A DNA stretch of 64,000 nt from the NCBI RefSeq assembly GCF_964355755.1, contig NC_092676.1, forward strand, positions 23,702,871-23,766,870. The letters run 5' to 3'. Source of the stretch: Antedon mediterranea. Lineage: Eukaryota; Animalia; Echinodermata. Shown one piece after another: positions 52,429 to 64,000 of this stretch. Position 1 is the first letter of the stretch, and every line of letters starts with the position of its first letter. The position numbers and the translations under genes were made by a program. The notes under the pieces are model-generated. The model ran no database searches. It worked only from the letters and a program-made list of their open reading frames with translations, and was not told where the DNA came from.

Positions 52429-55400
52429 CAATGCTTAGATTAGTATTACTATGTACATTAGAACTCTATTAAGGAGACACCTTCAGGACTCCTTTGAAGT
52501 AGTTTCACCGAATACTGTGGGGGTTGGCCATAGTGAACATACAGTATTAGTAATTACTATCATACCCCTTGTATGTTACACAGTGTCCCCATAATATGAG
52601 TTGGCCATGTTATGTTGTCCTTTGTTAGTATCACCAGAAATTGACAGAATATTTATTTTATGCACAGCTACTAGGCCTACTAGTACTACTATAACGGTGA
52701 AATAGAAATATGGAATTTAATATTGATTTGATGTGTAAATAATTGAGAGTTACAATTATAATATGATGCATCACAATGCCCAGCAGATTGCTAACGACAT
52801 CAATCGTTTCGTGAAAATCTTGATTAATTCATCAATCAAATAAATAGCTAATCCATCTCTTTGCAGTAAAAAACTATGTTACCTCATAAAACGTACTGAA
52901 CCAAAAATGGATCTGCACGCTTTTTTTTAACGACACGATTAAGTTTTTATGAGTATGGACATTAATTTATGTAAGTAAATCGTTCCTTAATGGGATTGCA
53001 TACCATGTGATTGTGAAGTTAGGAAATCTGATAAGAACGTCCTTGTATGTCTCAATGTTTTAAGAATGTTTTTGACTTTTTCATTTACAGTATAATTTTG
53101 AATTCTACATATTACAGTAATGGTAAGATCTTTTAAACTATCAGAAAAAAACTGTCGACACAATATTTTATATAATTATTATAAAAAAGTTGGGATGGCC
53201 TACTGGTATTTTATCAAACTTGTTATCTACTTGTACTAAGTTACAGTACAGGTAAATATCAGCTGCAGGCACACATACGTATTAAAATAATGATATCTTA
53301 ATTTGTAAACTATTTGATTGGTCAGTTTTAACGATCATCATACAGTAAGGTAAGGTAACAGTGGTATCTATTAAAAAATTCCAAAGTACCTGTAGAAAAG
53401 TGGAATGAAGAAATTGTACCATATGCTTGGTGTGATCAAAACATTTTAACCAGGACATTAACTGACCTACAACATTGAATAGCCTTGATGGTACAATGAC
53501 ATCATGATTTCTGTTCTCTGGAGATGGACTTGAAATTTGTAGCTATTTTGGAAGCTTTAGTTTCTTAATCTTTTTATCATATTCGACTTTAAATAATAAT
53601 CAAGTCAGGCTTATGCTTTCAAGGTGGTCCTTGAGAAGAAAAAAAAGTTTTAAATATTTGAAACTAACAGGTCAGAGAATGGACTTAATTTGGACATGAA
53701 TTATTTCATGTTATTTAATATTTTTATGGTATCATTTTCAGTGATGTACCACAAGATATAATAAAATGGTGCGGTTTTAAAAAAAGAAAGGGAACAATCT
53801 CTGTTCAATCCATTGGGTTGTCAAAGGCTTGTGTAGAGTGGTCAGGTTGGAACCTTACCAATCGTACTGGTGATGGCTACACGGCCATGATTTTAGTGTT
53901 GTTTAAAAAAATGTCCTTAATTAATTTTACATGAATAACATACACAAATGTTACCTGTATGTACCTGATACACATCATACACAAAATTCTGGTTACCTTC
54001 TAAAAATGAAATCCAAGAATGTTGTTATAGAAAATCAAATTGAGTTTAAAATGTGGGTTGGTTCATTAACCCACTGTGTGACTAAATTGTTTATGAAATG
54101 TATTTAGAAGTCGTACACATAAATCAATTGCATTAAGTGTTAGAGGTACAGTAGCGTGCGATATCTGAAAAAATATGTACACTAAAAAAAAACCATACAC
54201 ATCAAAATATCATTAAAATTAATCTTTGAAAAAACTTGATGTTACGGAATCTGATATATATTACAATTGGTAAATTAGCCGAGGTGTTCTATAACAATTT
54301 CAACAGCGAATGCAAATATGAGAACAGATGTTAGATGAACATTTTCCGTCAATATGTGGAAAATACTGCTTATAGCAAAGAGGTTAATAACCTCAACAAT
54401 TTTCTAATCTTTGTAATAGAGATGATGTTTTTTTACAAAGTGAAAATTACAATTTAATTTGAGCAAATAACTTACAAAGTTCGAAAAATCCAAATTTCCT
54501 CAGTTACATTTAAATTTTTATTTAATTTGGTAAATAACCATTCTTAAATTATAATAAAGGAGTATCAAAATAAAAAAAATAAACTATAATTATTTTAAAA
54601 CATTTATTTAATATCCTATAAAAAGTAATTTTTTCTTTTTTTTTTTTTCAATTTTAGGCATTCTTGGGTAGTACTGTACCAGAGCTCGAAATTTACAGTA
54701 TTAAACTCAGGTATGATATCTAGCAATTTGCTGCTACTACTTAGCATAATATTTGTCATTAAGTGAAGTTGAAAATTACAAACTAGCTAGCCCGTGTAGG
54801 TCATTGAAGAAACATCTTATTAAATTTCCAATGATTTAATACAAAGATCAAAACTTTAAACACAAAATATATTTTTCTAGCCCTACAGCTATTATTATAA
54901 TGGATAAAGGTAAAATCCACTCTCTCTATCAAAAATCATCAGCTTTTTAGCAATGAAATTTAACACTAGTACTGCGGTTTAGTCGTGTAGCCTATTTGAT
55001 GTTATACCACCAATGTGGTTATTTTAATGCCAACAGCTATTGTTCGTTTTCATAAATTTTATCCCTAAAGTGGTATTTTTATTTCATCTTGCTCTTGATC
55101 CCAATTAAACGTGATTATAGGCGGAGTAGAAACACAAGTGAAAGTTGATACTGTGGGGTTAACACAATTAATTTGTGGTTGATGTTAACAAGTTTTTAAA
55201 AACATAATCATCAAGTTTTATAATGAGAAATATTTAAATTACAGTCTGATACCATTGGTTAAATTGTTGGATGATACTGTAAACAGTATGATTCCTAAAT
55301 AATTTAATTATTGAATAAATATACCTTGAACATTAATATAAAAACCTGTAATAATATTCCATTATTGGATGAAACAGAAACAAAAATTCACTTTTATTTT

Positions 55401-56274
55401 CTGGAATTATGAAGGTACTGTATTTTAGGTTGGGTAAACTTTTCCATCCAAACTAGCTGAAAATTTATTTTAAGGGGTTTTTTAAAACTTCGAAACCTAC
55501 TTTAACTCTATCATCTTTTCCTTTTTACTGTACTGTAAGTAATATGTTTTATTTTGCATTCTTAATTTTTCATCACTACTGTACCTGTATTGTATGGTAC
55601 TGTACACTGAATAATTAGAAGATCTTAGAATTTAAGTAGGTTTTGTATTATAGTTACTCTTCTTTACAGTACCCTTGCAGGTTCTGCTAACTACACTACA
55701 GCCTGTCCTTGAAGCTATAGGGCAAGTTGGTGGGTATGTGTGATATTCCTTGAATCACCAATGTGAATCTTAACACCTGGCTAAAACTTTCACTAAGTGG
55801 GCATTTCTTTACAATTTTTTATGCCTAACAATAACTATTACGCTTTTTTTTATTTTCTTAGAGCTCATTAGCGAGTAGGAACATTGAATGTCATTTCGCT
55901 AGTTAAACCATGCGACCGCACAGCGCAACGCTGAAAATGTCAAGTAAAAGTCAAACAACAATACATGACAAGAACCACCCAGAAACGAAATGCACTATAT
56001 ATAATTAATTTGAACTTTAATATGGGACGTTCTTTTTAATGTGAAATGAACTTTGAAGGCCAATTTTAACAAGTTCAAAAGTTTTACACAACACCAATTT
56101 TAAATATTTAGTAATAATTTATTAATTGTTTCTAAATTTTCTATGCAGCTACAACTGTACATAATATTTTATTTTAAATTTTAGAAAATTATGTACATTA
56201 CTCTACACAAAGTACTAAAAGGGATATAGCATTGGTGCAAATTGGCGTTTTAGGATATTGTAGGTTGGTTGCAA

Positions 56275-56317
56275 CAGGGAGTTGTAAAATAATATAATAA
56301 TATTTTACAACTCCCTG
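56275..56317. mobile_element. 43-bp TIR-only element (P-element-like) with 7-bp TSD
   Basis: Perfect 17-bp arms CAGGGAGTTGTAAAATA/TATTTTACAACTCCCTG, 9-nt loop, GTTGCAA on both sides. Confidence 0.75.
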
Positions 56318-57762
56318 GTTGCAATATCTTGTTAATTTCTTGGTGAAATTGTTTCTCTTTTGTTTTTTGTATGATTTGTATATGGATGTTCTATCCGAAA
56401 TAAAGAAAATGAAGGAATGATATCTTGCTTATTGTATGGTTTATGCCGTTGGGCTCAATGGCCAGAACAACCATGTGTTGATCTGGGTCTCCATGGTTAA
56501 ATAAAGTTGAATTGAATTTTGCAGCAGAATTCAATGCCGTTTGCTTTGCTCCTCTTTGCTTTAATTTTTGTGCCCAACTTTTGTCTGACCTGGATAAAAT
56601 CTTATTGCTAATTCACAAAAGGAACATTTCTTCATGAGAATATAGGAAATGAACTTCAGTAAAACATAACTGTAATCAAAGATTAAGGTAATCTTCTTTA
56701 TTTTATTGATTTATAATTGTGAGAAGACAACCCATTGTAAGACACAATATATAGAGGTCAACATTGTGTCTTCTTAATCACATCAGTTCATTGTTCACTA
56801 AAATCTTTATTTTGATCATTGGACAAGTTCATTACAAGACTCATTTCCAAGTCTTTAAAAAGGTTTACCTTTAAAAATAGGTCTTGTTGTCATTATAAGG
56901 CGTGGCTAATCATTACTAAGTACAGTATACACTTACAGAATGTTCACTTATTATTAAGTATACTGTACTATTGTGTGAAAGGGTAAGGCTTTTATATTTG
57001 ATAATACAGTAGCAAGACAGTGAAACGTAGGCCTATCCTAATTTCAAAACTTTTCTTAGTATCTCTTCTGCTTACTGGTAGTAAAAATGTGTGCAAAATA
57101 TTTTTTGGCAGGCAAAAAAAGGGGAAAAATTTGGGGTATTGACAACTGGGACAACAATACAGTATATCACAGCACAGTACAGAATAAAAGATTACCTTAA
57201 CTTTTTTTTAGTTGAGGATTCTATATATAGAATTATGCGTGCGCCATTTGTGTGTTTAAAAAACCCTGGTATGTTTTTATTGGTACTGTATTATGTAATA
57301 CACATGTGACATTTGTCATGAAACTGTCAAAAGTCCAGTGTTGCTGGTATGACAAGCATGAATGACTGAGTAAGATGTGTTCAATTATTGGAAAAATAGT
57401 CAAAAAGGACAATTGAGATAAGGCCAACAAAATAAATTATTGTGTTGGCCTAATGGAATATCTAGATCCATCCATTCTTGCGAAAACATGGCGTATTGAG
57501 CTTCCCACATTACAATCGGAAAAAAATCCATCATACTTCACTATTCTTTCTGCAATATCCAGTCTAACTAGTTCTAACTGTGAAACATGTATTACTATGT
57601 CACATTTAGTTAAATAGGTAAATATATAATGGGCAACACGACACAGGTAGGAACATTCCTCCACCTCATCAACAACACTCAACAACAACAAAAAGTTCTT
57701 AATTATTTCGTCTTATTCTTAATCTTAGCACATGCTTGAGTAAACTGATTATTAAAACCTAC

Positions 57763-57871
57763 CTGGATAATATTCTAGCACTGATGATGAAGTGTAGCGG
57801 AAAATAAGTCCTAAAACAACAAATGTAAGCCATGGTGACAGGGAATACCCCATCGCCATACCAACAAACAT
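57763..57871 (-). CDS. EVA1C: EVA1C/eva-1-like receptor, coding exon 1 (signal peptide)
   Basis: Reads MFVGMAMGYSLSPWLTFVVLGLIFRYTSSSVLEYYP (hydrophobic core); in-frame TAG upstream; ends CCAG|GTAGGT in phase 1, joining exon 2 (G|AT=Asp) to give ...EYYPDLISMTLRTNLAYAC. Confidence 0.8.
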
Positions 57872-58169
57872 CAAGTTTTGACAATTCACTCCCGGGGAAA
57901 GTTCACACTGCAGCAGACGGTTACCACTCCAGTTAATCCATACATGGGCCTAAGCACCGACAAACTTTTAGCCTAAGTACGTACTGGAAATATACCACAA
58001 CACGTAATTAAAACTATTCCGACGACGTGTATTTTTCCTATAGTCAGACGACACAGCTATATTTAAATTCAGGTTCAATGGGAAATAAGTTATTCTACCC
58101 AAACTCTATTATCCTCACGTTGAGTCGGGCTCCTGTGATTCTTCCACCGTGTTTGAGAACGGCCTTGTA

Positions 58170-58201
58170 ATCTAAATAGCGCGCTGGGCCATAGCCAATC
58201 A
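58170..58201 (-). promoter_or_regulatory. Candidate EVA1C core promoter (CCAAT box, TATA-like)
   Basis: AGCCAATCAC at 58193-58202 and minus-strand TATTTAGA at ~58171-58178, in a CpG-retaining stretch ~300 bp upstream of the ATG. Confidence 0.45.
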
Positions 58202-61200
58202 CAGCGTGGGAGGCGTTGCTTAATATAAAGTTCCAGTGACCAACGTCCTTGTTAGGCTGTCAAAAGTTTAATACAGAAAAAAGAAGTTTAGAATAAACAG
58301 AAATTAGGATGAAATTAAGACAGGGGTGGTTGGATGGGATGGCATTTGTATCTTTTGTTTCACTCAATTCTACTATCTATTCGCGTCTACTAAAGAAATT
58401 TATTCATAGTTGTATGCCATTGAATCAACAGCGGTGGATTTAGCCTACTTTTTGCGCGCGAGGGTGAACATTCTCATTTTGTTTCCTACGATCGATCATT
58501 TAATGGTTATGCTTCTCATCACAAAATACGCAGTTAACATCCAGTGAGAGTATACAATTAGTATTGGGTTAAATTGAGTGCATGGTAAAAGCGATGATTA
58601 TTCCTCCTCGACATCTGTTATTCATTTTTCTATATATATATTCTTGACATTGTGCGCTACTTATTTCGATGGTAGGTCATTTAATTTCGACGTGTTTGAT
58701 TTGAGTGACATTATTGGTCTATTGACAGCAATTAAATGTGTCAGGTAGATCTTAGGGTAGATGTACATTGAATGGCTCCCACGCTCTCGGACGTGTCAAC
58801 ACAGGATATCTAAAAACTATCCGCGATGTTCATGTTGAAACAATATCTAATTTATAAAGACAGAATTTATTTTTTTTAAATTATTTTATTGATCTGACAC
58901 GGGTTTGTTCGACATCCATGGTTCGACTCCCGAACATCTCTGGTTTAAACACTCAACACAGCTGACTGTCTGACTTAAAAACCACAATTTACTTTATATT
59001 AGTACCGTTTATCTTGTTAAATTGATACGAGTAATTGAACAATTCCTCTTCGACCGCTAAAACCACAAGACAACTAATATACAGTCAATGTACTGCCAAT
59101 ATATTACAGTCCAGTTAGATGGCGCTACAACGTACAAGACGATTACTAATTTTACGTATAGCCAAAGTTCTTATAGTATAGCGCGTATAAAGTATAGAGG
59201 GCGGAAGACTGATTTAATTAAATACCTGTATCAGATTTATAGAGAATTATAGAGGACGCCAGACCGATATTTTTAATTATCAGATTATTTTCTTGCATTT
59301 TATCTAGTTGAAACAGAGGACAAGCAGACAAGTTGACATTTTAAGTACGAATGTGTCTATTATGGACGCATTGTTTAATCTGCCATTTAATTACAGTACA
59401 AAACAGAAGAATATGAGTTGATGAACAGAGTAAACACAACAAAACCCAAAAAATTAACTCTCTATCAAAAGGAATGATTGAAGTTAAAAAAATGTTTAGC
59501 TTTTTTTCAATGAAAAAAAAAATTATATGTCCTCTAAAAAAAAAATGCGTATAATTTAATAAAAAATAGCTAATAATAACAATAATTTACATTACATTCG
59601 ATTACGGTACAGATTTCAGAAAGTTTTCTAGACATGAATACAAATTAGTGAACAATACCTATTAATGTTAGCAAACAAGGTTAGAACAATAATTTCAGAA
59701 TTGATTTTCATTTTAATTTAAAGCAGAAAGTAAAAAAAAAACCAGTTTTCCCATGATGCTCTAACAAATAAGTGGAATACAACCCTCAAAAGTGATAATG
59801 ATTTAAGAATTCCAAACTTCGTGGTATAATTTTTTTTTTTCTTTTTTCTTTTTCTGGTACATAAAAAAGGCAAAGATATAGAATATTCTGGTACCATATA
59901 TAATAAACTCAAAAGCTCCCTAAGAAAAATGTTGTTTTCTAAATTAAAGTTCATAATAATCTATGGGAAGTGAGAAAGTGATACATTATATTGCTCAGGT
60001 GAGACTGAATTAATAAACAAGTGTACAATAAATTTAGTGAGAACACCCCTAAACAATAATAGAACAGTCATTTCTAAAATCATACACACCCTCTCATTCA
60101 CAAAAAGAATGAAATTATCAAGTGTGAGACGATCCATTCATATTTTTAGGGGTGCTCAAAAAGTGAGTTGACAAACACATGGTACAGTATACACTAACTA
60201 TCTGGGTTGTTTCACATAATCGATAAAAAAACTTTAGCAAATAATATTGGCATTACTGATTGTTTCTGTCTAGCTGGAAGTATTTTTTTCTACAAATACA
60301 TATATTAAACATTGGAAGATAACTGAAACAATAGCGGCAAAACAATGACAGCACCTCCATACAATTAAAGAAAGCGTACAAAGATAGCATTGCAAAATTC
60401 AGGAGTTATTCATTAGTTGTTCTAAATATTACCATAGCAAATCTGAATAAATAAATATGTCTGGCCTAGATTGCATACTTGGGAATAACATATGCAAATA
60501 GCATTTTCACCTGTATGTAAATATATTGTTGAGTACATAATAAATTTGCATTTTAAGCCACATGCAAACAAAGTAAAATAAACAGAATTGTATATTTTTA
60601 AAGACATCATTTTACAATACACGCATTTCATTATTCAACTGTATGTGAAATAACTTTCAAATCAAAACCGTGTAAACATATCTACATAGTTATTTTGTTT
60701 AATCGTGTATAAACAAGATTAACAAAGGTGTGTGTGTTAATAGCCTTACAAATATGCTTACATATTGATAAAGACCTCATCTATGAATGAAAACACATTG
60801 TGTTATAAAAACCTTTACAATAACAGTAAATTATGCAAAACATTAATCTTAGGAACACCTTGTAGTTGCATACGGTTTGAGGTTCATTAATATCAGTACA
60901 GTAATATTTGTAAATAAAAACTTGTGTACAAAAATTAGTCCTGACAATGGTTGTAACAAAAAAAAGATTATTTTACCTAGACCTTCTTAAACATGCATCA
61001 AGTAAATTTTTTATATCATTATCACTGGTAGGAGAGCCAAATAACGTAGATTCATTGATTGTATTTGCATAACACGAGACGAGAGAACAAAACAATTTGG
61101 ATATTACGATCCTCTACAGGACATTCCGCGTAAAGAGAGTTTTCAATCGCATCCACAAAACACAAATTTTGATTGTATGCCTTTATGCACATATGATATA

Positions 61201-61769
61201 ACGATCTATTATAATATTGTCAAGTTTTGCAATCAAAAATTCCCAATATATACAAATCACCATAGATTTTTAAATTTATGGATGCTTTTTGTATTCCATT
61301 ATTCAAAATTACTTTAATAAAATGATTAGAGGAGGGATGTTTATTAAATTCTTAATAAGCTGACATCGTATACAAATTATTACAGAAATGGTTTTTAAAT
61401 TGCCTACCAACTGATAGCTCGTTCGAAAAGGAACCAGAACCAACCTGGGTACATTTTTTGGCATGAAATAATGTGTACATGCTGCCTTAATACAGTAGCA
61501 CAATTGTAGTTGTATTGCATCGAAAGTTTGGAGTATTTAATTCTAGTTTACAAAACAAATTTCTTGATAGTTGTTTTGTATGTTATCTTCTTAATCATGT
61601 TTGGTTAATAGTCGACTAGTATTACTACTGTACTACTAACTAGAAAACAGTTGCTTTCATTGGCTTTGTAATCAAATTATTATTTGAATTTATGTGGTAA
61701 TACCACTTGAAATGCTACTGTACTGTGTTTTCTAAAGTCATCTAATTTAGAATTGATCACTCCATGGTT

Positions 61770-62056
61770 TTTTTTTTCCAAATAGCCTAGGGTATTATTA
61801 AATCTAGTGTTGAATCAAACTACGTGTGTTGCCTGTCCAGTTTTGTATTTGAGGTTGTGTTCTTTGTTACGTGACCTAAAATAATCTAATCTATAGTGTT
61901 AAACAATACCTTCTGCGATACCTTCTTGCCTGTCGTGCGAGGTTGTGCTTTTTTGCTAAATAGCCTACGATATTCTTAAATCTACAGTGTAAAACCACTA
62001 GAAGATGCCTGTCCAGTCTTGTACGTGAGGTTGTGTTTTTTTGCTACCTTGCCTAG
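61770..62056 (-). repeat. Diverged ~80-97-bp repeat (3.5 units; ~176-bp higher-order dimer) in Caprin 3'UTR
   Basis: GCCTGTC...GAGGTTGTG-T-run at 61831, 61928 and 62007; AATAGCCTA shared by alternate units. Confidence 0.75.
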
Positions 62057-62078
62057 CTGTCATGACCTATTCTCCCAT

Positions 62079-62158
62079 TTATGCTGTTAGCTGTTGGGTC
62101 TTGGTAAACCCTCCTCTTCCACGATTATTGTATCCTGGACGGGGCCCTTGACCACGAC
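62079..62158 (-). CDS. CAPRIN1: Caprin-1-like terminal coding exon (no C1q domain)
   Basis: tttgtcgtttaag acceptor; GRGQGPRPGYNNRGRGGFTKTQQLTA*, resembling the Caprin-1 C-terminus (RGRGGPPRPNRG...TQQVN); TAA at 62079-62081. Confidence 0.7.
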
Positions 62159-62402
62159 CTTAAACGACAAACAAAATATATATTGAAGGTTTGCATGACG
62201 AAAATAAATATGTTGATATAAAGTTTGCTGTACACCACAAATCTAGTTCTGAAAAGAACTGTTGAGTTTCTCAATGTTTTAATCAATATACTTTGATAAT
62301 CGACATTGAAAGAAATGTTGAGAAATTCAACAGACAAAATATATATTGATTGATAGTGTAGAAAGAATTTCCGTATAAACCCAAATTTACGGTCAGGTTT
62401 AC

Positions 62403-62600
62403 CTCCTCTAGAGTTCCCACCACGTGGCATATTTGTACGTCTGTCAAACGACTGGTAGCCATTATCCGGCATTGATCTGTACGTATTCGGGTACGAACTG
62501 GATGAGTGCATAGAGGTACCGGCTCCATTCCCTGCGCTGAATGTTACGTCAGATGCCCGAGGTTGAAATGTGCTTGCTATGTAGTTTTGTCGGTTAAATC
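62403..62600 (-). CDS. CAPRIN1: Caprin-1-like penultimate coding exon
   Basis: poly-T-cag acceptor, GAG|GTAAAC donor, 198 nt (phase 1->1); GFNRQNYIASTFQPR...NGYQSFDRRTNMPRGGNSRG. Confidence 0.7.
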
Positions 62601-62640
62601 CTGAAAAAAAAAAGAAGAAGAAATCACGAGTAATGTTTTA

Positions 62641-62868
62641 AGTTGATTTTACTAGGTGAATTTGTTCACGGGAATCCATCTTGACAGGGAAAAAAGTCGC
62701 ACTGTCCTTTACACTACAACAGTCTCCTGAAATTTGCTCATAAATGCATCATAGCTTATTGCTTATTGCTTGCGATTGGTTGCGCAATAGTTGCTTCGCT
62801 TCACAAAAAGTTGAAACAATTTGAACTACCACTATGCGCTAACAAATTCGTCTAGTGGAAAATTGGCT
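62641..62868. mobile_element. MITE family E relative in a Caprin intron
   Basis: TTA-AGTTGATTTTACTAGGTGAATTTGTT ... AACAAATTCGTCTAGTGGAAAATTGGCT-TTA. Confidence 0.7.
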
Positions 62869-62970
62869 TTATTGTGCAGTATTTTAGTAACGTAGAAATT
62901 GGGTACTTAAAAATATAAATAATGGGAAATTTCGACCATTTGACACAACTAGTTATATTTTCAGCCTCAC

Positions 62971-63138
62971 CCCTATTATTTTGGGATCCATCACTATACC
63001 GAGTATTACCCCTATTATGTTGCTGTCCGCCTCCTCTGTTGTTGCGGTAACTAGCGTTCTGCACACTACCACGATTACCCCGGTTACCACGGTTGTTACG
63101 ATAGCCACCTTGCTGCTGGTACTGCTGGTAGCCCGAAC
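62971..63138 (-). CDS. CAPRIN1: Caprin-1-like RG/RGG-rich exon
   Basis: tgtttacag acceptor, G|GTGAGG donor, 168 nt (phase 1->1); GSGYQQYQQQGGYRNNRGNRGNRGS...NNRGGG. Confidence 0.7.
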
Positions 63139-63371
63139 CTGTAAACAATTTTGTTTGATTTGTATTTGTACAATTTCATTATCAATTTGTATCTGTTCAC
63201 TGCTTGTCATGTTATATTCCATCTCATTATATGAGGTTCAAGTTTGTCATATATATGTATGCATAGACCCATTTACGATTGACGATAAATTAATAAATAT
63301 GCATTTTTTCTATATAAAACAAAAGAAATCCAAACAGTTTTCAACATAGAACTATATAATATTTTCACACG

Positions 63372-63466
63372 TCCAATCAAATGACGTCATGATTAGTAAG
63401 AGCAATAATATTGAGACGATACGATGAAGTTATTGTTCTTATTGATCATGACATTATTTGATTGGA
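63372..63466. repeat. Foldback element core in a Caprin intron
   Basis: ~37-bp arms TCCAATCAAATGACGTCATGATTAGTAAGAGCAATAA / TTATTGTTCTTATTGATCATGACATTATTTGATTGGA; weaker symmetry out to ~63333-63538. Confidence 0.7.
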
Positions 63467-63648
63467 TTTAAAAAAATAATATTTTTATCAAAGACAGAAT
63501 AAATGGTTATTCTATAGTTTTAGAATAAAAACTGTTCAAATTCATGTAAGAAAAATGTAAGTTTATCCATTTATCCTCGATCATTATCATCCTAGTGCTG
63601 CAGCCCTTTGCTATTTTGACTAGAATGCTCGGCGCTAAAATGACTTAC

Positions 63649-64000
63649 CAGATACATCTGAACTTGCCGATGACAGATCCGGTGTTCGGCTGGCCGATCC
63701 ATACGATTCTGAGCCAGAGCTCTGGTACGCATCTTGTCCTTGCGTCACTGCCGTTGCGACCGGGGGCGAGGACTGCATCTGATACGATATGCTAGATTGA
63801 AAAGGAGGTGCGCTTGCGTTCATTGTTGATTTTGGTATGCTTGCACTAGATGGCGTTGTGACCTGTGTGCTGATCTGGGATTCATCGGTGGGCATAGCGA
63901 TCATCTGCGGATCTTGCATGGACATAGCACCACTGGACAGCTGACCTTGTGTTAATGGTTCTTGTTGGAAAGCTGAATCTGCGATCTGGTCTAATGAAAC
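63649..64000 (-). CDS. CAPRIN1: Caprin-1-like protein, internal exon (open at window edge)
   Basis: Open frame rich in Q/S/P/T, containing MNASAPPFQS (cf. Caprin-1 INVNAAPFQS); ends G|GTAAGT, phase 1. Confidence 0.65.

Noticed and set aside
57437-57691. 84-aa minus-strand ORF just inside intron 1
   Set aside because: Non-ATG start, no recognisable domain, no supporting splice sites.
61850-62038. let-7 gene or let-7 target sites (TGAGGTTGTG resemblance)
   Set aside because: The mRNA has CAACCUC rather than the CUACCUC seed match, and there is no precursor hairpin.
62981-63349. 122-aa plus-strand hydrophobic ORF
   Set aside because: Antisense shadow of the Caprin RGG exon.

Overview
AT-rich, intron-dominated metazoan genomic DNA (invertebrate deuterostome, probably echinoderm; this is inferred from gene and repeat content only). 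Two minus-strand genes can be rebuilt from phase-consistent GT-AG exons. (1) An EVA1C/eva-1-like receptor: signal-peptide exon 57763-57871, a ~32.7-kb intron, four exons encoding two SUEL (rhamnose/galactose-binding) lectin domains (25038-20312), a ~20-kb intron, and a stalk exon at 286-134/125; the transmembrane and cytoplasmic exons presumably lie left of the window. (2) The 3' end of a Caprin-1-like RGG protein (four exons, 64000-62079) with a long 3'UTR. Introns are filled with non-autonomous DNA transposons (several PIF/Harbinger-like MITE families, Tc1/mariner-, hAT- and P-like), LINE tails, tRNA-derived SINE heads and simple repeats. The most notable oddities are a Penelope-type minimal hammerhead ribozyme in EVA1C intron 1 (sense strand, with a second copy showing stem-II covariation), strong intronic YAG|GTRAGT sites suggesting hidden exons, recursive splicing or an internal promoter, a stop-free last Caprin intron, and a higher-order repeat in the Caprin 3'UTR. 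No clearly novel multi-gene system could be supported.
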